Notes under the pieces: model-generated | Seen by the model: the letters and a program-made list of their open reading frames with translations, nothing else | The model's database searches: none | Told to the model about the DNA's origin: nothing | Part shown: positions 11,464-24,480 of the stretch, one piece after another | Layout: every line of letters begins with the position of its first letter | Numbering within the stretch: the stretch's first letter is position 1 | Source of the DNA: Lama guanicoe | Lineage: Eukaryota | Length of the DNA stretch: 64,000 nucleotides | Direction of reading: 5' to 3' | Assembly: GCA_013239625.1 (NCBI GenBank) | Contig: MU056050.1 | Location: 1,412,084-1,476,083, forward strand | Translations under genes and position numbers: made by a program

Positions 11464-13164
11464 TTCTGGTGAAGTTTCATTACTTTGGATTCTTCATGTA
11501 CTGTATCACATTGTAAAATTCTCAGTGTCGTCCAAAGTGTCTGAATTTCTATGGTTACTGGATTGAAGAATGATTCAAAATAGAGTAATATGTTCTGCCT
11601 CTGGTACTCAGGAAGGGTCACAGACCTGTGAACAGTTTCCTGTCCATTATCATGAACCTCACATTTCTTTCTAAATATCATAAATGATTTTTTAAAAAAG
11701 AGAATAGCTCCAAATAGCCTATGAAGATGGCTAATTCTAATTAAATTTTCAGTCAATTTTTTGGTTTCCTGTGAGGCTCTGCTTTTATATCTGAGCACAT
11801 GGCTGACTGCCCTGAATGGGTATTGGCAATGTTATTATTGTAGTTGTTGTTAATATTTATTATATCATTAAAGTACTTCCTTTATATGGTAAGTTGGCTA
11901 ACAGTACTTGAGTGGTGCTTAAATATAAAGATTATCTTTATTTTTTTAGAGGCACAGCTTAATTTGTTACATAATCACTACCCAGATTTTTAGAAAGTAG
12001 AACATTATCAGCACTGCAGTTGCCCTCCTGATGCCCTTCCAGATCATGACCCCCACCTTTGTCATAAATCGAGTAAAAGATTGTCTTTCTTGACTTTCTA
12101 AATTTCTATCCATTCATTTATACATTTGTACCATCTTTGATAGAGAAGAATGCTTGAATTTTGTCTTGGCTAAAAGGATAAGATTTTAACAGACAAGGAG
12201 AAAAAGTTCTGAACTAGCAAGGAAAACAAAAAGATATTCAAAACATCCAAATCCATCAATGACCTCCAAACAGGTATAAATGGGAAAATAACCCCCCAAT
12301 GTCTTTTATAGCTATTAGTTAGAGCTAATATAAATGAGTTCAGTATTCCTTCAGATTACACCAGCTAATTGTATTTTAACTACTCAAAAAAAAAAAAAAG
12401 ATCTTCTGAAACTGACTGAAGTGTTTCCCACATTCAATCTTGGTCATAAAAATCTAAATGTATTTATTCTTTTAATTATTAAAATCCAATGGAAACAGCC
12501 ACCTGAAAGAGTAACACTTTAGATTTTTGTTTGTGTCATTTCACATGAAAGAGTGCTGCTGTGGTTCTATGGATACACCCTCACACACACACACACACAA
12601 ACCCTGTTGTATCCACCTTGAACAAAATACTCAAAATGAAGAGAACTCAGAAGTCTGTAGAACTGAGAAAGAGTTAGTGATTTTTTTCCACATGTAAATA
12701 AGCCCAGATGGCCGTGAACTCTTAGGTATTTTTTTAGAATGTACTTTTCGGCAACCCATGGTGTGTCTCTTCAAGGTCGTCAAAATTGGGCATCAAAATT
12801 AAAAGAGGCTTTGTCGGGGGGAAGAGTTCAGAATGTATGGCCTGGCCTTTCTGGAAAGGCTGAAGTGGAGTATGTCTCCTGAAAAGTATACGCTCATGGA
12901 TTTCATCAGCAGAGGACTCACCAGTGTCTGAACTGCCACCATAAGCAATTTAGCACAGATTTGAGACTGTTAACTTAGGTTCGACTGCTAAGTGACTTAA
13001 AAGGGCTTAAGACTCACCACTTCTTCCCCTCCTCAGAGCCTCAGGCTTGCGTGTTCCTCACGCCTAGCTTATGAAGTGCCCAAAGTGGAGACCATGGACC
13101 TGCTGCTGGTACTCAATCCCCATCACTGGAAAAAATGACATATTTTTTAAATTTTCTATTCCTG

Positions 13165-13395
13165 AATGCAGCAAAATTTTTCTTAAAGCACCGAATAGTA
13201 AATATTTTAGGATAAATATTTTATTTTGTGGGCTATAAGACCACTGTCACAAGTACTCAACTTTACTATTGTTGTACTAAAACAGCCATAGACAATATGG
13301 AAGCCAATGACTGTGATTTGTTCTAATAAAATGTTATTTGCAAAAGCAGACAGCTGGCCAGATTTGGTTCACATGGAGTAGTTTGAAGACCTCTT
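13165..13395. mobile_element. MER58A-like hAT-Charlie MITE
   Basis: ATAGTAAATATTTTAGG...CAGCCATAGACAATA...TAATAAAATGTTATTTGCAAAAGCAG...CCAGATTTGG...TAGTTTGAAGACC. Confidence 0.8.
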
Positions 13396-14589
13396 GGCTA
13401 TTCTGTACAGTTAGTGATCTTGGCATAATGCCGCCCTTATTTTTTTAAATATAATTCATTGCTCATGGTTTTCAATCTCTCTCCCCTCATACACACTTTC
13501 TCCCCCTCCTCTCCCTCTCCTCCTTTGTGTTTCTCTGTCTCACTCTCTTCTTCCTTCTCTCCTCACCTCCTACCTGCCCTGCTCTCAGCTCTGATGCCTA
13601 ATCTTCCTCCTGTTCCAGGACATGCTATTTATTCAGTTACACTAGCTCATTTTCTGCCAAAGATTCTGTCTCCCACCGTTTCCTTTCCCTTTTCACCCTG
13701 CATTCTTTATCAAGCATAGTTCAGTAAGTTAGTCATTGAATCAGAGAGCAGTCATCTCACACTAGCTCACAGCTAAGTGTCTCACAATCAGAAGCCTCGT
13801 TCTCTTCAGATGATGCAGAGACCCTGGCTCTTTGACTCCCAGTGATACAGTGTATGGAAGAAGTCAGGGGCAGTACTGAGGGCTGGATTGGGGGCAAGGA
13901 AGCTTAGTTTCTAGAAGGATGCACTGTCCTACTTACATACCTTAGTTTGAGGGTCTTATCATTTTCTAAAGGGTCAGAATGAGATTTATTTGACATTAAA
14001 GTGGTGTGGCTAGTCACTGTGTGGCATGGTATGTTGACCACTGCAATGCCAGGTACAGACTGTTACCCTAGTCTGCTCATTTATTATCACCAGCTGTAAA
14101 AAGAAAAAAAGGGGGGTGGGTGGGCTGGACAGATGCCCTCCTTCATCATGAATCTTAAAAATTTTTTCCTCCCACAAGTTAATTAAAATGTGCTTTTATA
14201 AGGACTTTGAGTCACTAGCAACCTAGCAGAAAGCAGAGCTCTAAGAAAATAAGACTGAGGACAGAAAAAAATATGACAGAAGGAAAATCCAGAGTGTAAA
14301 GCAATGTCTAGGATGACCTGGTAAAGATGTGGGAGGCTTCAGGCAGTCAACGTTCAAAATGAGAACTCGGAGTGCCTAGAGGAATAGAATAAGTCAATAG
14401 ATAATTCTGTCACAAAATTGCCTGGGGTAGGTTACACAGTGATGCTTTAAATATGAGAAATAAGGAAAGAGAGTCGGTATGTGTAACTTCAGTTTGAAAA
14501 CTGATAATCATGATTGGCTCATCTCTAGCCTAGTTGTAGCTAGAATATCTGTTGAATGGTCCAAGGACAGCTGCAAATCCTCCTATAAA

Positions 14590-14990
14590 AGAGTCCTGTT
14601 ATGTGCTAGACCCTATGCCACGTCTCAAGGCACACAGATAAAAACAACTTTCTCTCCATAAGTTCTCGGTGTTTACCTATTTTTCTTCCAACAGATTATT
14701 AAAACAATGTGATAAATGCTACAATGTGAATAAGTACAATATGCTACATGAGCACATAGGAGGGGCCCCTAACTCTCATTTATAGTCAAATAATGCTTCC
14801 TGGAATTAGTTACACTTGGCGTGAGATTTGAACAAAATATATTTCAGATTGAGGAAGTAGCAAATTGAAAGGTCTAAAGTTGAGAGAAGCATGGCACATT
14901 CTTGGAATTGTAGGAAGTTCGGTTTAGCTGGAGAAAGACAGTGTTGGCTGCAGACAGCAGTGAGGCATGAGGGTTCTGAAGTAGCTGTGT
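14590..14990 (-). mobile_element. L2 3'-region remnant
   Basis: TATGTGCTAGACCCTATGC, AATGTGATAAATGCTA, GAGCACATAGGAGGGGCCCCTAAC and GAGAAGCATGGCACATTC segments typical of antisense L2. Confidence 0.65.
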
Positions 14991-15844
14991 GAGCAGGGGA
15001 AGCTAGGAATGTCAGCAGTTTGTAGTGAACATTTTGACCAATTTGCCCCCCAAACTGCCATCCCAGAAACCTCAAGAAATCCTCCATGGGATGGACTACA
15101 TAGCCAAGTGGAAGTAATGAGTCAGTCTAATTTGGGCATAAATGCCAAGGTGACTTCATTTGCACCATTATGCTTATGAGGCCTGGGGACATTCAGTTTA
15201 CATAAGATTGATTCCCAGCCAGGGCATTAGGGCATTTGTGGGTTACAAAAAATCCCTCACTATATTGAGGGTTAAAAATATAATTAACCACTGAGGAAAA
15301 GAGACACCAAGATTGTGTTTGGCTACCAGTTAAGGGAGGAGATCGATCAAGCCCTTCAGCAAGGACAGTCCAGCTGAAGGCCTTTGCACAGAATTCGTAT
15401 TGACACACAACATGTTCGGGCCTTAGGGGCTCCTGGAGCTCGCGACTGATAGCTGATAGCAGCTTCCTCTTCTAGCTTATGTCCATCTACATGCAGAACA
15501 AACTGTTGTCCATAATTTCAGACATTCTGATCATTATAGAATTTGGCCTGTCATATTACAATTTTCAAAGAATGCAGTATGCTTAATATTGAAACTAGAT
15601 AAATTTCTTGGTCTTTTTACCTAGCTCCAGTTGTTTTCATGCAGTTACCCCAGTATGAGTTCTTCAGAACACTTGTTTGGTTTGAATCAGCTTGAGAGAC
15701 ATACAGTTAAGCAACAGGTTTTGTCATTGTTGATGTTTGCTCGTTTCTTATTGTAGAACTTCTCAGGGACTTAAATATGCCAATATGAATTCTGGATCTA
15801 CAAAAGAGGTGTATATTATACAACATCTGTTCCCCATAGTACCC

Positions 15845-15952
15845 TGAAACTTCTGTAAGAGCAGAGATTATGTCTGCTGTTCATTGCTGCATCCCCCTGT
15901 CCAATGCCTTCCCTGGCACCCATGAGGCTCTTTAAATATTTGTAAAATGAAT
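15845..15952 (+). mobile_element. L2 3' terminus
   Basis: GAGCAGAGATTATGTCTG..GTTCATTGCTGCATCCCC..CCTGGCAC..TAAATATTTGTAAAATGAAT. Confidence 0.7.
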
Positions 15953-17149
15953 AACCATTTTAAGGGCTCATGTCCCATGGAAGACACTTATCAAATATAT
16001 TAAGCAAATCTTTCTGTCCAATGCCAGCTAGCTAATTATATCATGTTTATGTTTTGTATCTAATCTGCAAAGCAGCACTGCCATTTGGTAAAATGTATAT
16101 TGGTAGCTTAACACTGATGCCAGAAAATATCAAGATGTAACAATAAGCATTGAGACAACAGGAAAATTTCAGAGATACGTTAGTAGATGAGAATTCTATG
16201 TAAGTGGACTACTTCAGCTAAACATTGACTCTGTAATTTTTATTCTGCTTCTAAAACATTTTTCAGTTGTCATGTGGGCATAGCGATGTAGTCAAAAATG
16301 CTGTATGATGATTAAAAAAAGATTGTATCCAAAAATTTCCTTGGATATTGAGAAAGTAAGTTTGTTTGGTTGTTTTAGATTTCAGTAGCTTCTCAGACAA
16401 AAATAAATAAGATCTCCTGGGAATCAAGATGTTTTATAAATGAATTGTATATGCATTCTGGATATCCATGCATTCTGGATGACAGATGCTGAGTTCAGAA
16501 ACCTTTTGTCACTTTTTATTGGGAGCACCATCTTGCAAGGCACAATATGGTAATATGTCCTACTATGATTAGAAAAATCACTGCCAGTTACTGATGTGAA
16601 CAGACAGCAACTGCTAATCCCAAAGCCCAGTTGTTTAGATCATGAAATGAAAACCCCTTAATTAAACCCCATAGCCGATTTATAATCACCCGTGCACAGG
16701 GCATTCCTAAAAATTTTTGTTATAAGCATGCAATAAATCTTTGGCATCTGGCCTTCTGTGACTATCCAGTTTAGGAACTCTACCACCATGAGTGAAATGA
16801 GTGTACCCTATTCTTTTTGGCAGACTAGGGGAAGCAGGGAGAGGAAGTAATTTTTTTTTTTTTCCTGCAGCTGTTAATCTTGAGCAGGTTTTAGCACCAT
16901 AAAAGTGGTCTGTATGTTCTGCTGGGGAAGTTAATGAATTAATTTCTTTCTTTTCCTTCTCTGTAAGTATTCAAAGATTCAAATATTTTTGTTTGTTTGT
17001 TTGCTTGTTTCTTTAAGTGATGCAGGCTAAAGAAAGACAGCTTACTAGCAGTAAGAATTGAAAAGATGAGGTTGACTTTGTGCTGAGCTAGGCTATTGTA
17101 GCTGAATGTGACCAGAAAGATCTCCTAGTCCGTAAAGGATACATGGGCT

Positions 17150-17280
17150 TCAACTAAGGTGTCAACTCTGATTGCCTGTGGCTACCTGAAAAGCTGTGTT
17201 GAGCGAGATCCTGGCGTGATCTTGAAGCAAGTGAGAAAGATTGCCTTGATTGATTAAAGTGCCTATTGTGGCGAGATGGT
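17150..17280. mobile_element. MER102-like hAT remnant
   Basis: GTGTCAACTCTGATTGCCTGTGGCTACCTGAAAAGCTGTGTTGAG...TGATTGATTA resembles recalled MER102. Confidence 0.45.
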
Positions 17281-20017
17281 GTAATCTAATGATTCCAAAT
17301 CTATAATCTTCTGGTTATTGTAAGGACTTCATATAGGTTGAGGGTGTATACGCACTGAACCACAGATAAGTGTGAAACTGTTGTCAGAATTATGGAGCAA
17401 TTTATGTCTGCAAAACATCAGCCTACTGATTAAGCAAGTCTTGTCTCTTTTCCACTGCTAGACTTACTGCAGGTAAATGTTCTGTGACAAGAGCAGTATG
17501 TTTATATGCATGTGGCAATAAATTATGAGCTATAACTGTGTCTTTAATATGTCTGGATATGTGGTGTTTGACTCCCATCGGCCACAGGCTATGCTAAGTA
17601 ATCTTCGAGAGGCCTCCTTGTATAGACATTTTCAAAGTTTCTAACTTATCTATTTGAGTAGTTTTGTGGAACCCTGGGATTCTGTGAGCATATTTCAAGG
17701 GCCACCTCAGGGGCTGACAGGTATGGTTCCAGGCTCCTGACCCATGCCTGTGTACCTGTTTTGAAACTTAAAAGATAAAGAAATGAAAAGTTTCCAAGCA
17801 CATTGTTGTTGTTCTTTTAGCAACAGAAAAATATTTTTAAAAATATTGAAACCACTGATTTATACTCTAGTTTGTTTTCTTATTATGTTTTGCGAATTAT
17901 GCCCCAGAACAGACCTTGAGATTTCTTAAACCTTTTATGAGGTTAATATTTTAAATGTTAATCTGTAAGAAAACATTGAGTTACCAATTCCAAAACAGTG
18001 TGTCAAAACAGACTTCCCATTTGGATAATCTAATTCTTATTTTACTTTTTCCCCTGAATCTCTCCTTCCAAAATTGAGGATGAGCTACCCAGTTGAGAGG
18101 GAAGGAAATGGTTTTGTTTTACATACGAATGATGATGTTCGGGGACATCATCACTGATACTTGAAAACAGAAATCAGCAAATGCTGCACATTGAAATTTT
18201 TCTCTTCCTCGATTTGAAAGGATGTTTCTATTTTCCCTTTATTGAGACTTACCTGCTTTTTCCCCCATTTCCACAATATATTTTTCCCCTTTGATCAGAC
18301 AAATGTTTCTGTGCTAACAAGTAAAGGAAAAAGAAGCCTTCATGTGTTATTTCTCCTTGAATAGTTTTTGCCTAGTAAAAACCACTGTTAAGGGAATGTC
18401 TCTCTCCTGATCTAATGGGTATTTTTCACAGGGATGATTGGTTGCACCGACGCCTCTAGAGTTCTATGGTTCAGTCTGTGAAATGAATGACACAAAGAAA
18501 TGGTTCATGTCATAGTGCTAACTAACTGAACTAACCAGATTTTCACCTTAAAGATAAAATCTTGCAGTGGTTAACCAATTCACTCTTGGTATTTAACCCT
18601 GTTGATCCATTTAGACATTCATCCTAGGGTAACTAATCTCTGGTTGGTAAAAATTGATCTTGTTATCAAGACAGCTTCATAAAAATGTCTACTTGTTAAC
18701 AGAATAGTTTGAGGCAACCAGACTTTCTAAGAAGACCTAGGGTAATGTGGTAATCCTTAGTACTTCTAGAAGCAGCTGTCATCTAGTATAGTACTAGAGA
18801 AGATATAAGGTAAGAAATCAAGGTGGATGGTGCTTTTTAGGCATGGACACCTGGCAATTCCCAGATCAAGGCTGAGTGTAGTAGTCAGAGTTGTTGAAAG
18901 AAGCAATACTAAGAGAACATGTAGTACAATGATTGTTCCAATATCACCAGGTTAATCATAGTCCATGAGTGTTATCTAAGATCTCCTTCAGATCTCCATA
19001 CAACAAAAATAAGCAAAGCAAAATATGTTGTGCCCTAGTAGAACGTTATTAATTTCTCCCTGATAGCTTACTAGCTTGGTAGGTACTTATTAAGCTATCA
19101 TGTTAAAGTAGGTGGCATTGCCATACACATTCAATGGAAATACCATCATTGTATCTTTAGAAAATCAAGCTTCTTTTTTTTCCTGTTGGTAATCAATATT
19201 TCCCTATCCTTATGAGTCTATGTTTGGAGGGGATAGAGTGTTCATAATTGTTGCTATGATAACTTGCCAAATAAGCTTTCATAACTCAGTGGAAACATTA
19301 ATAAATCATGATATAAAAAGAATAATACTGATAAAATAAAGCTAAAACAGATGCTAGTGAGTTCTTAGCTACCCAACAGTAACAGGAAAATATTTGACTG
19401 TAAAAACTCCAACTTCAATCTGGAAATCGGATGCACATGTTCCTAACTGTCCAAATAAGAAAGGCCTCCAGAGTGATATGAACTCATTACTTTGGTAAGT
19501 TGCTAATCACTCAGTTGTTAACTTCCTTCAGTTTCTTTTCTTTTGAGAGGATCATCAGTACTTGTTTTTCCATTGTTTTGGAGAATGAGTTTCCTAATTT
19601 TATACTAAATGAGAAATGCAGATCTGCAAAGACACCAATGAGCAGCTGATTTCCCAAGTTTCCTTCAAATTTAAGTTGGAGATATTGTCTCCTCACCTTT
19701 CTGTTACAAATATATCCATATCTGTCCTTAAAAGTTATTTTAAACATATTCTAGGACCCTCCTCCTCCTTGACTTGGTCAAAATTAGCATTCTATGGCCA
19801 CATTTTACAGAGTTGACCAAGATGATGCACAAAGCAGAAAATTAATTAGTTAAACTAGTAAGTATCATAAAACCAATGGGAAGAGGTTGTGCAACTTCTT
19901 AATCCTTTAAGATGTAAGAAGAAAATCACATTGTAATATTAAAAAGCCTTACTTCAGGTAGCTTATTACCTCACATAGAGTCCAGAGGAAACTACCAATA
20001 TAAATATACCTTGTGTG

Positions 20018-20190
20018 TATATGATCAACTGATATTTGACAAGGAAACCAAGAACACTCTATTGGGAAAGGATAGTCTCTTCAATAAATAGTGTCGGGAA
20101 AACTAGATAACCACATGCAGAAGAATGAAACTGGACCCCTATCTTATACCACTCACAAAAACTAACTCGAAATGGATTAAAGACTTAATA
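20018..20190 (+). mobile_element. Isolated L1 ORF2 fragment
   Basis: Translates YDQLIFDKETKNTLLGKDSLFNK*CREN*ITTCRRMKLDPYLIPLTKTNSKWIKDLI, the post-RT region of ORF2. Confidence 0.9.
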
Positions 20191-20669
20191 TAACCTTATT
20201 TGTCATTATTCTGCTTAGATTTATTTCTAGATGTTTAACATTTCTGAAATAGTACAGTGTATCTCTGTGTGGGCTATTATTATGTTTTTTTGACCTGAAG
20301 GATATTTAGAATGTTCTTTAGAGCATTCAAGTCTTTCTTCATTTGTGGAAAATTCTCATTATTTTCCTAAAATATTATGTTACTCCACATCCTCTAGTTG
20401 CTCCATCTGGCACTTTGATTAGAAGGATATTTAAATTGATAGATATGTTTTATAGTCCCCTTAATTTGTCTTTGATATGGCATCTCTGTATCCCTTTATA
20501 CTCTTTTCTGATAAAAGTCTGTAAGTTAGCCCTCCAGTTCACTAATTCACTCTTTTTCTTCACTTTTTGTGCTATTTTTTGTAATATCCATTCAACCAAT
20601 ATTCAATAACTGTGTGTTGAATTCATATGATGTTAAATTATGTTAAATGTGCCTGTTACATATTAATGT

Positions 20670-21162
20670 GTACTAGAAGAAAAACAAAAGGATACTTACC
20701 GAGAATGGAGAATGAGGGAGGTACTATTTCAGATAAAGTGGTCAGAAAGGCCTCTTAGAGGAAGTAACAATTCAGTAGAGGCTTGAATCAAGTGTGAGTG
20801 TGGATGCTGCCTTTCCCTGAGGAAAGATTAGGTGCAAATGCACTGAGGGGAAATGTGTAACAACAGGGAAGTCATTGTGACTGAAACCTATTGAGGAAAA
20901 AGAGAATGAAAAGAGTTAGGGTTAGAGAGGTGAAATTAGGCAGATTATACAGAGAACTAAAGGTCATCAGGAGAACTATTTATTTTATCCATGTTGAAAG
21001 TCAGTGTAGTGCTTTAAACAGGGGAGAGGCATAATCTAATTTATATTATAAAAGGATTTCTCATTCTTTGTTAATAATGGGTTTTAGGTACAGGGACAAG
21101 AATGGGAGCAAGGAAACCAATGAGGAGACTACTGCATTAATTCTAGCAAGAGATGATGTTGG
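20670..21162 (-). mobile_element. L2 remnant, ending at the MLT1A insertion
   Basis: AGATAAAGTGGTCAGAAAGGCCTC, TTTAAACAGGGGAGAGGCATAATCTAATTTA and GGAGACTACTGCATTAATTCTAGCAAGAGATGATG. Confidence 0.75.
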
Positions 21163-21167
21163 TTTGA

Positions 21168-23329
21168 TATAATGGACTGAATGTTTGTGTCCTTCCAAAA
21201 TTCATATGGTGAAACCTTACCTCCCAATATGATGGTATTAGGAGATGGGGCCTTAGAGAGGTACTTAGGATTAGATTAGGCCATGAGGGTGGACCCTTCA
21301 TGAATGGGATTTGTGCCCTTTTAAGAATCTTAAGAGAGTTTACTCTCCCCTCTGCTCTTGCTCATGTGAGGATACAGTGAGAAGTCGGCTGTCTGTAATT
21401 TAGCAGAGGGTCCTCACAAGAACTTGACTGTGTTGCCATCTAACTTGCAGATTTTCAGCCTCCAGAACTGTGAGAAGTACATTTCTGTTGTTTATATGCC
21501 ACCAATCTATGGCACTTTGTTATAGCAGTTGGAAAGGACTTAGAAATTGGTTCCTGAGAAGTGGAGGTGCTACTGTAACAAATACCTAAAAATATGAAAG
21601 TAATTTTGGAGCTGGGTAATAAGTTGAGGCTGGAAGTTTTGAGGTGTATGCTAGAAGAAGCCAATATAGCCATGAAGAAAATTGAAAAGGCAATTCTGGG
21701 GGAGCTCATAAAGAAAGGAGGAGAGCTATCGGGGAATCTTCCATCTTCTCAGGAAGTATGCAAGTAATTATGAACAGAACATTGGTAGAAATATGGATGG
21801 TAAAGGCCATTATGATGAGGTCTCAGACAGAGATGAGAAACATGTTATTGGAAACTAGAGAAAAGCTGATCTTTGTTATAAAGTGGCAAAAAACTTGGCT
21901 GCATTGTGTCCATGTTCTAGTCTTTTGTGGAAGGATTATTTAACTGAAAAGATTTCTAAGCAAAGTGTTGAAGATGTGGCTTCCTGCTGTTGAACGCTTA
22001 TCGTAAAATGTGAGAAGGGTGAAATGACTTAAAGATGGAATTGTTAAGCAAAAAGGAACTAGAACTTAAAGATTTGGAATATTGTCAGCCTATCCATGTT
22101 GTAAAAGATGGGAAAACATGTTGGATGAGACCACTTAAGGGACCCTCTGACAAGGAGATTAGTAGGGGAAGAGCCATGGATTTAATCAGTCACACATGTA
22201 AGAAAACTACTGGTTTGAAGTGAGGTGGGAAGAGATGGGAAAGAAGGAAGAAAGGCTATTGGACTTCTAGGATTTTATAAGACAGAAGCGATTTGGCTGA
22301 AAAAGTCCGCTATTCTTTAAGACAAAGAAAGAATGAGCCCAAAGGTGATTCAGAGATCATCAGGGCTACTTCCTCAGTTTGAAAAAGGGTGAGGACCATC
22401 ACCTTGCTTTCAACAGACTAGGAGATCTCTGCCCAAAGCTGTGAGGATGAGGTTGTCCAGCAGAGCCCTGGGAGCAGAACCCCTGCCTGGTAAAGTTGTG
22501 AGGGCAGGACTGCCATCATCCTGGGCCCAGAAGCAGACTGTGGCCCCACTGGGCCTGGAATGGAGAGATGAAGCCAAAGAGGATTATTCTTGAACCTTAA
22601 GATCTCATGTTTGCCAAGCTGGATTTTGAACTTGCTTGGGACCTAGTACCTCTTTCTTCTTCCTATTTTTCTCTTTGGAATAGGAATATTTATTCTATAC
22701 CTGTCCCACCATTGTATTTTGGTTTAGTTTTGTTTATACTTGTTTGCTTTCACAGGTTCACATCTGGGGAGGAATTTTGCCTCAGGATCAATTGTACCTT
22801 AAGTCCCATCTATGCTTGATTTAGATGCTACTTAGATGAGACTGTAAACTTTAAAGTTGATATTGGACCAAGTTAACTTTGGGGGCTATTGGGATGGAAT
22901 GAATATATTTTGCATGTGAGAAGGACATGGATTTGAGGGGCCAGTGGTAGGATGTTGTGGACTGAATATTTGTATCCCCCACAGAATTCATATGATGAAA
23001 TCCTATCCCCCAATGTGATGGTAGTAGGAGCTGGGGCCTTTGGGAGTTTATTGGGATTAGATAAGATCATGAGGTAGGAGGCCTCATGATGGAATTAGTG
23101 CCCGCATAAAAGCCATGAGAGGGTTTCCTCCTCCTCTCTGCTCTCTGCCTGTGAGGTTACAGAAAGTCAGCAGTCTGCAGCTGGGAAGAGGGCCTTTATC
23201 AGAATTCAACCATGCTGGCACCCTGATCTCACATCTTCACCCTCCGGAACTGTGAGAAGTAAATATCTGTTGGTTATAAGCCACCCAGTCTTCAGTATTT
23301 TGTTATAGCAGCCTCAATAGACTAAGACA
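21168..23329 (+). mobile_element. Complete MLT1A-type MaLR element: 5' LTR ~21168-21545, internal ~21546-22952, 3' LTR 22953-23329
   Basis: Both LTRs begin ...TGGACTGAAT(G/A)TTTGT and end TTGTTATAGCAG...GACT(T/A)AGA; internal region starts ATTGGTTCCTGAGAAGTGGAGGTGCTACTGTAACAAATACCTAAAAAT and ends TTTTGCATGTGAGAAGGACATGGATTTGAGGGGCCAG. Confidence 0.92.
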
Positions 23330-23701
23330 CTTGGTCTCTGAGTTTCTAATTTCAGCAATTTTCCCATGATCTCTAGTTGCTTCTGTCGTTTGGCATAAAG
23401 GGGGAAGCGGTATCTACTGCATAGATAGATAGAATTGTCAGCCCACGTATGCAGGCACAGCCATCTGATTACCTTGTTAGTTTCTCTTAAGTCCCTTCCT
23501 ACTCCTGGCTTCTATCTCCAGATGTGGAACACATTTAGTGCTGATCCTCCCATCCTGGTAGCATAATGTTTTCACACTTAACTCTGACTACAGCTTTCTT
23601 CTGAGACTCTGTCTTCCCTCTGAGGCTTAATGTCTACTTCCCTGTTTTCAATGATCCCTCATAGTTTCTGGTCCACTGAGAATATTGATTTTCAATGTCT
23701 G

Positions 23702-23743
23702 TCTCTCTCTCTCTCCACCTTTGTGTGTGTGTGTGTGTGTGTG
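23702..23743. repeat. Compound (TC)n/(TG)n microsatellite
   Basis: TCTCTCTCTCTCTC followed shortly by about 10 TG units. Confidence 0.9.
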
Positions 23744-24480
23744 TATGCGTACATGAGCATATATATGTCTGAGTATGTACTTGTTTAATGTATTTCCATT
23801 TGTACCTATAATTTTGTGAATTTGGTGCAAGAAGGAGATGTATTTGTCTCTGTACTTACCTGGAAGATAGATTTTAAAATAGAATTAAAAAAAAAAGATT
23901 CCTTGAGCAAAATAAGCCATGTGTGAAATCCCAGAGTTCCCGTAGATTACACTGTGTGTAGACCTTTGATGATCAGTGCACACTTCTCTTTTCTTGGCAT
24001 TTGATGTTTCAGAAGAAATTTATTAATCTGATGGCTGATATTGATCACTAAACCCTGAGGCATTATCCCTGCACTGTAGCCATTTAATAGAAAGATTATT
24101 CAGGAGTTTCTGTTTCAGATAATAAGATCCGTTGTCCCCTATCTTTGCCTAGTTACTTTTGTGGATAAGAGAATGAAATTAAGTGAGATTCATATTCACT
24201 AAGCATAGTCAGTTTTCTGTGTCATAGGGCCTAAAGCACTAGCTCTGATAAGTTATCTCTAGGAATGGAGCTTTGGGTGACTAGACGCCAGTTACTTCCT
24301 GGCCTAGCATGTGGTGACGGATCCTCTCCAGAGCAGGAGCACCGCCGAACACATATCTTAATGACGGACTAGTTTTCTGCTTTCTCTTCTAGCTTAAGAC
24401 TGCACAAAAGGTGTTATTAGAAAGCTGTAGACACTATATCCTTTTGATTGCTCCCTGTCCTTTAGCATAATATTCTTATT

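Noticed and set aside
15353..15380. Imperfect palindrome CCTTCAGC..GGACAGTCC..GCTGAAGG near a few CpGs
   Set aside because: Short and imperfect; not a CpG island and no recognised element.
16451..16480. Short direct repeats (ATGCATTCTGGAT x2; similar ones near 32025-32050 and 52600-52635)
   Set aside because: Ordinary slippage duplications; no repeat-spacer array or CRISPR-like structure.
18130..18157. Hairpin TGATGATGT-N6-ACATCATCA with C-box-like and CTGA motifs
   Set aside because: Far too short for a C/D snoRNA or pre-miRNA; arms are low complexity.
23853..23863. TACTTACCTGG as a U1 snRNA fragment
   Set aside because: The match stops after 11 nt and is explained by a consensus donor on the opposite strand.
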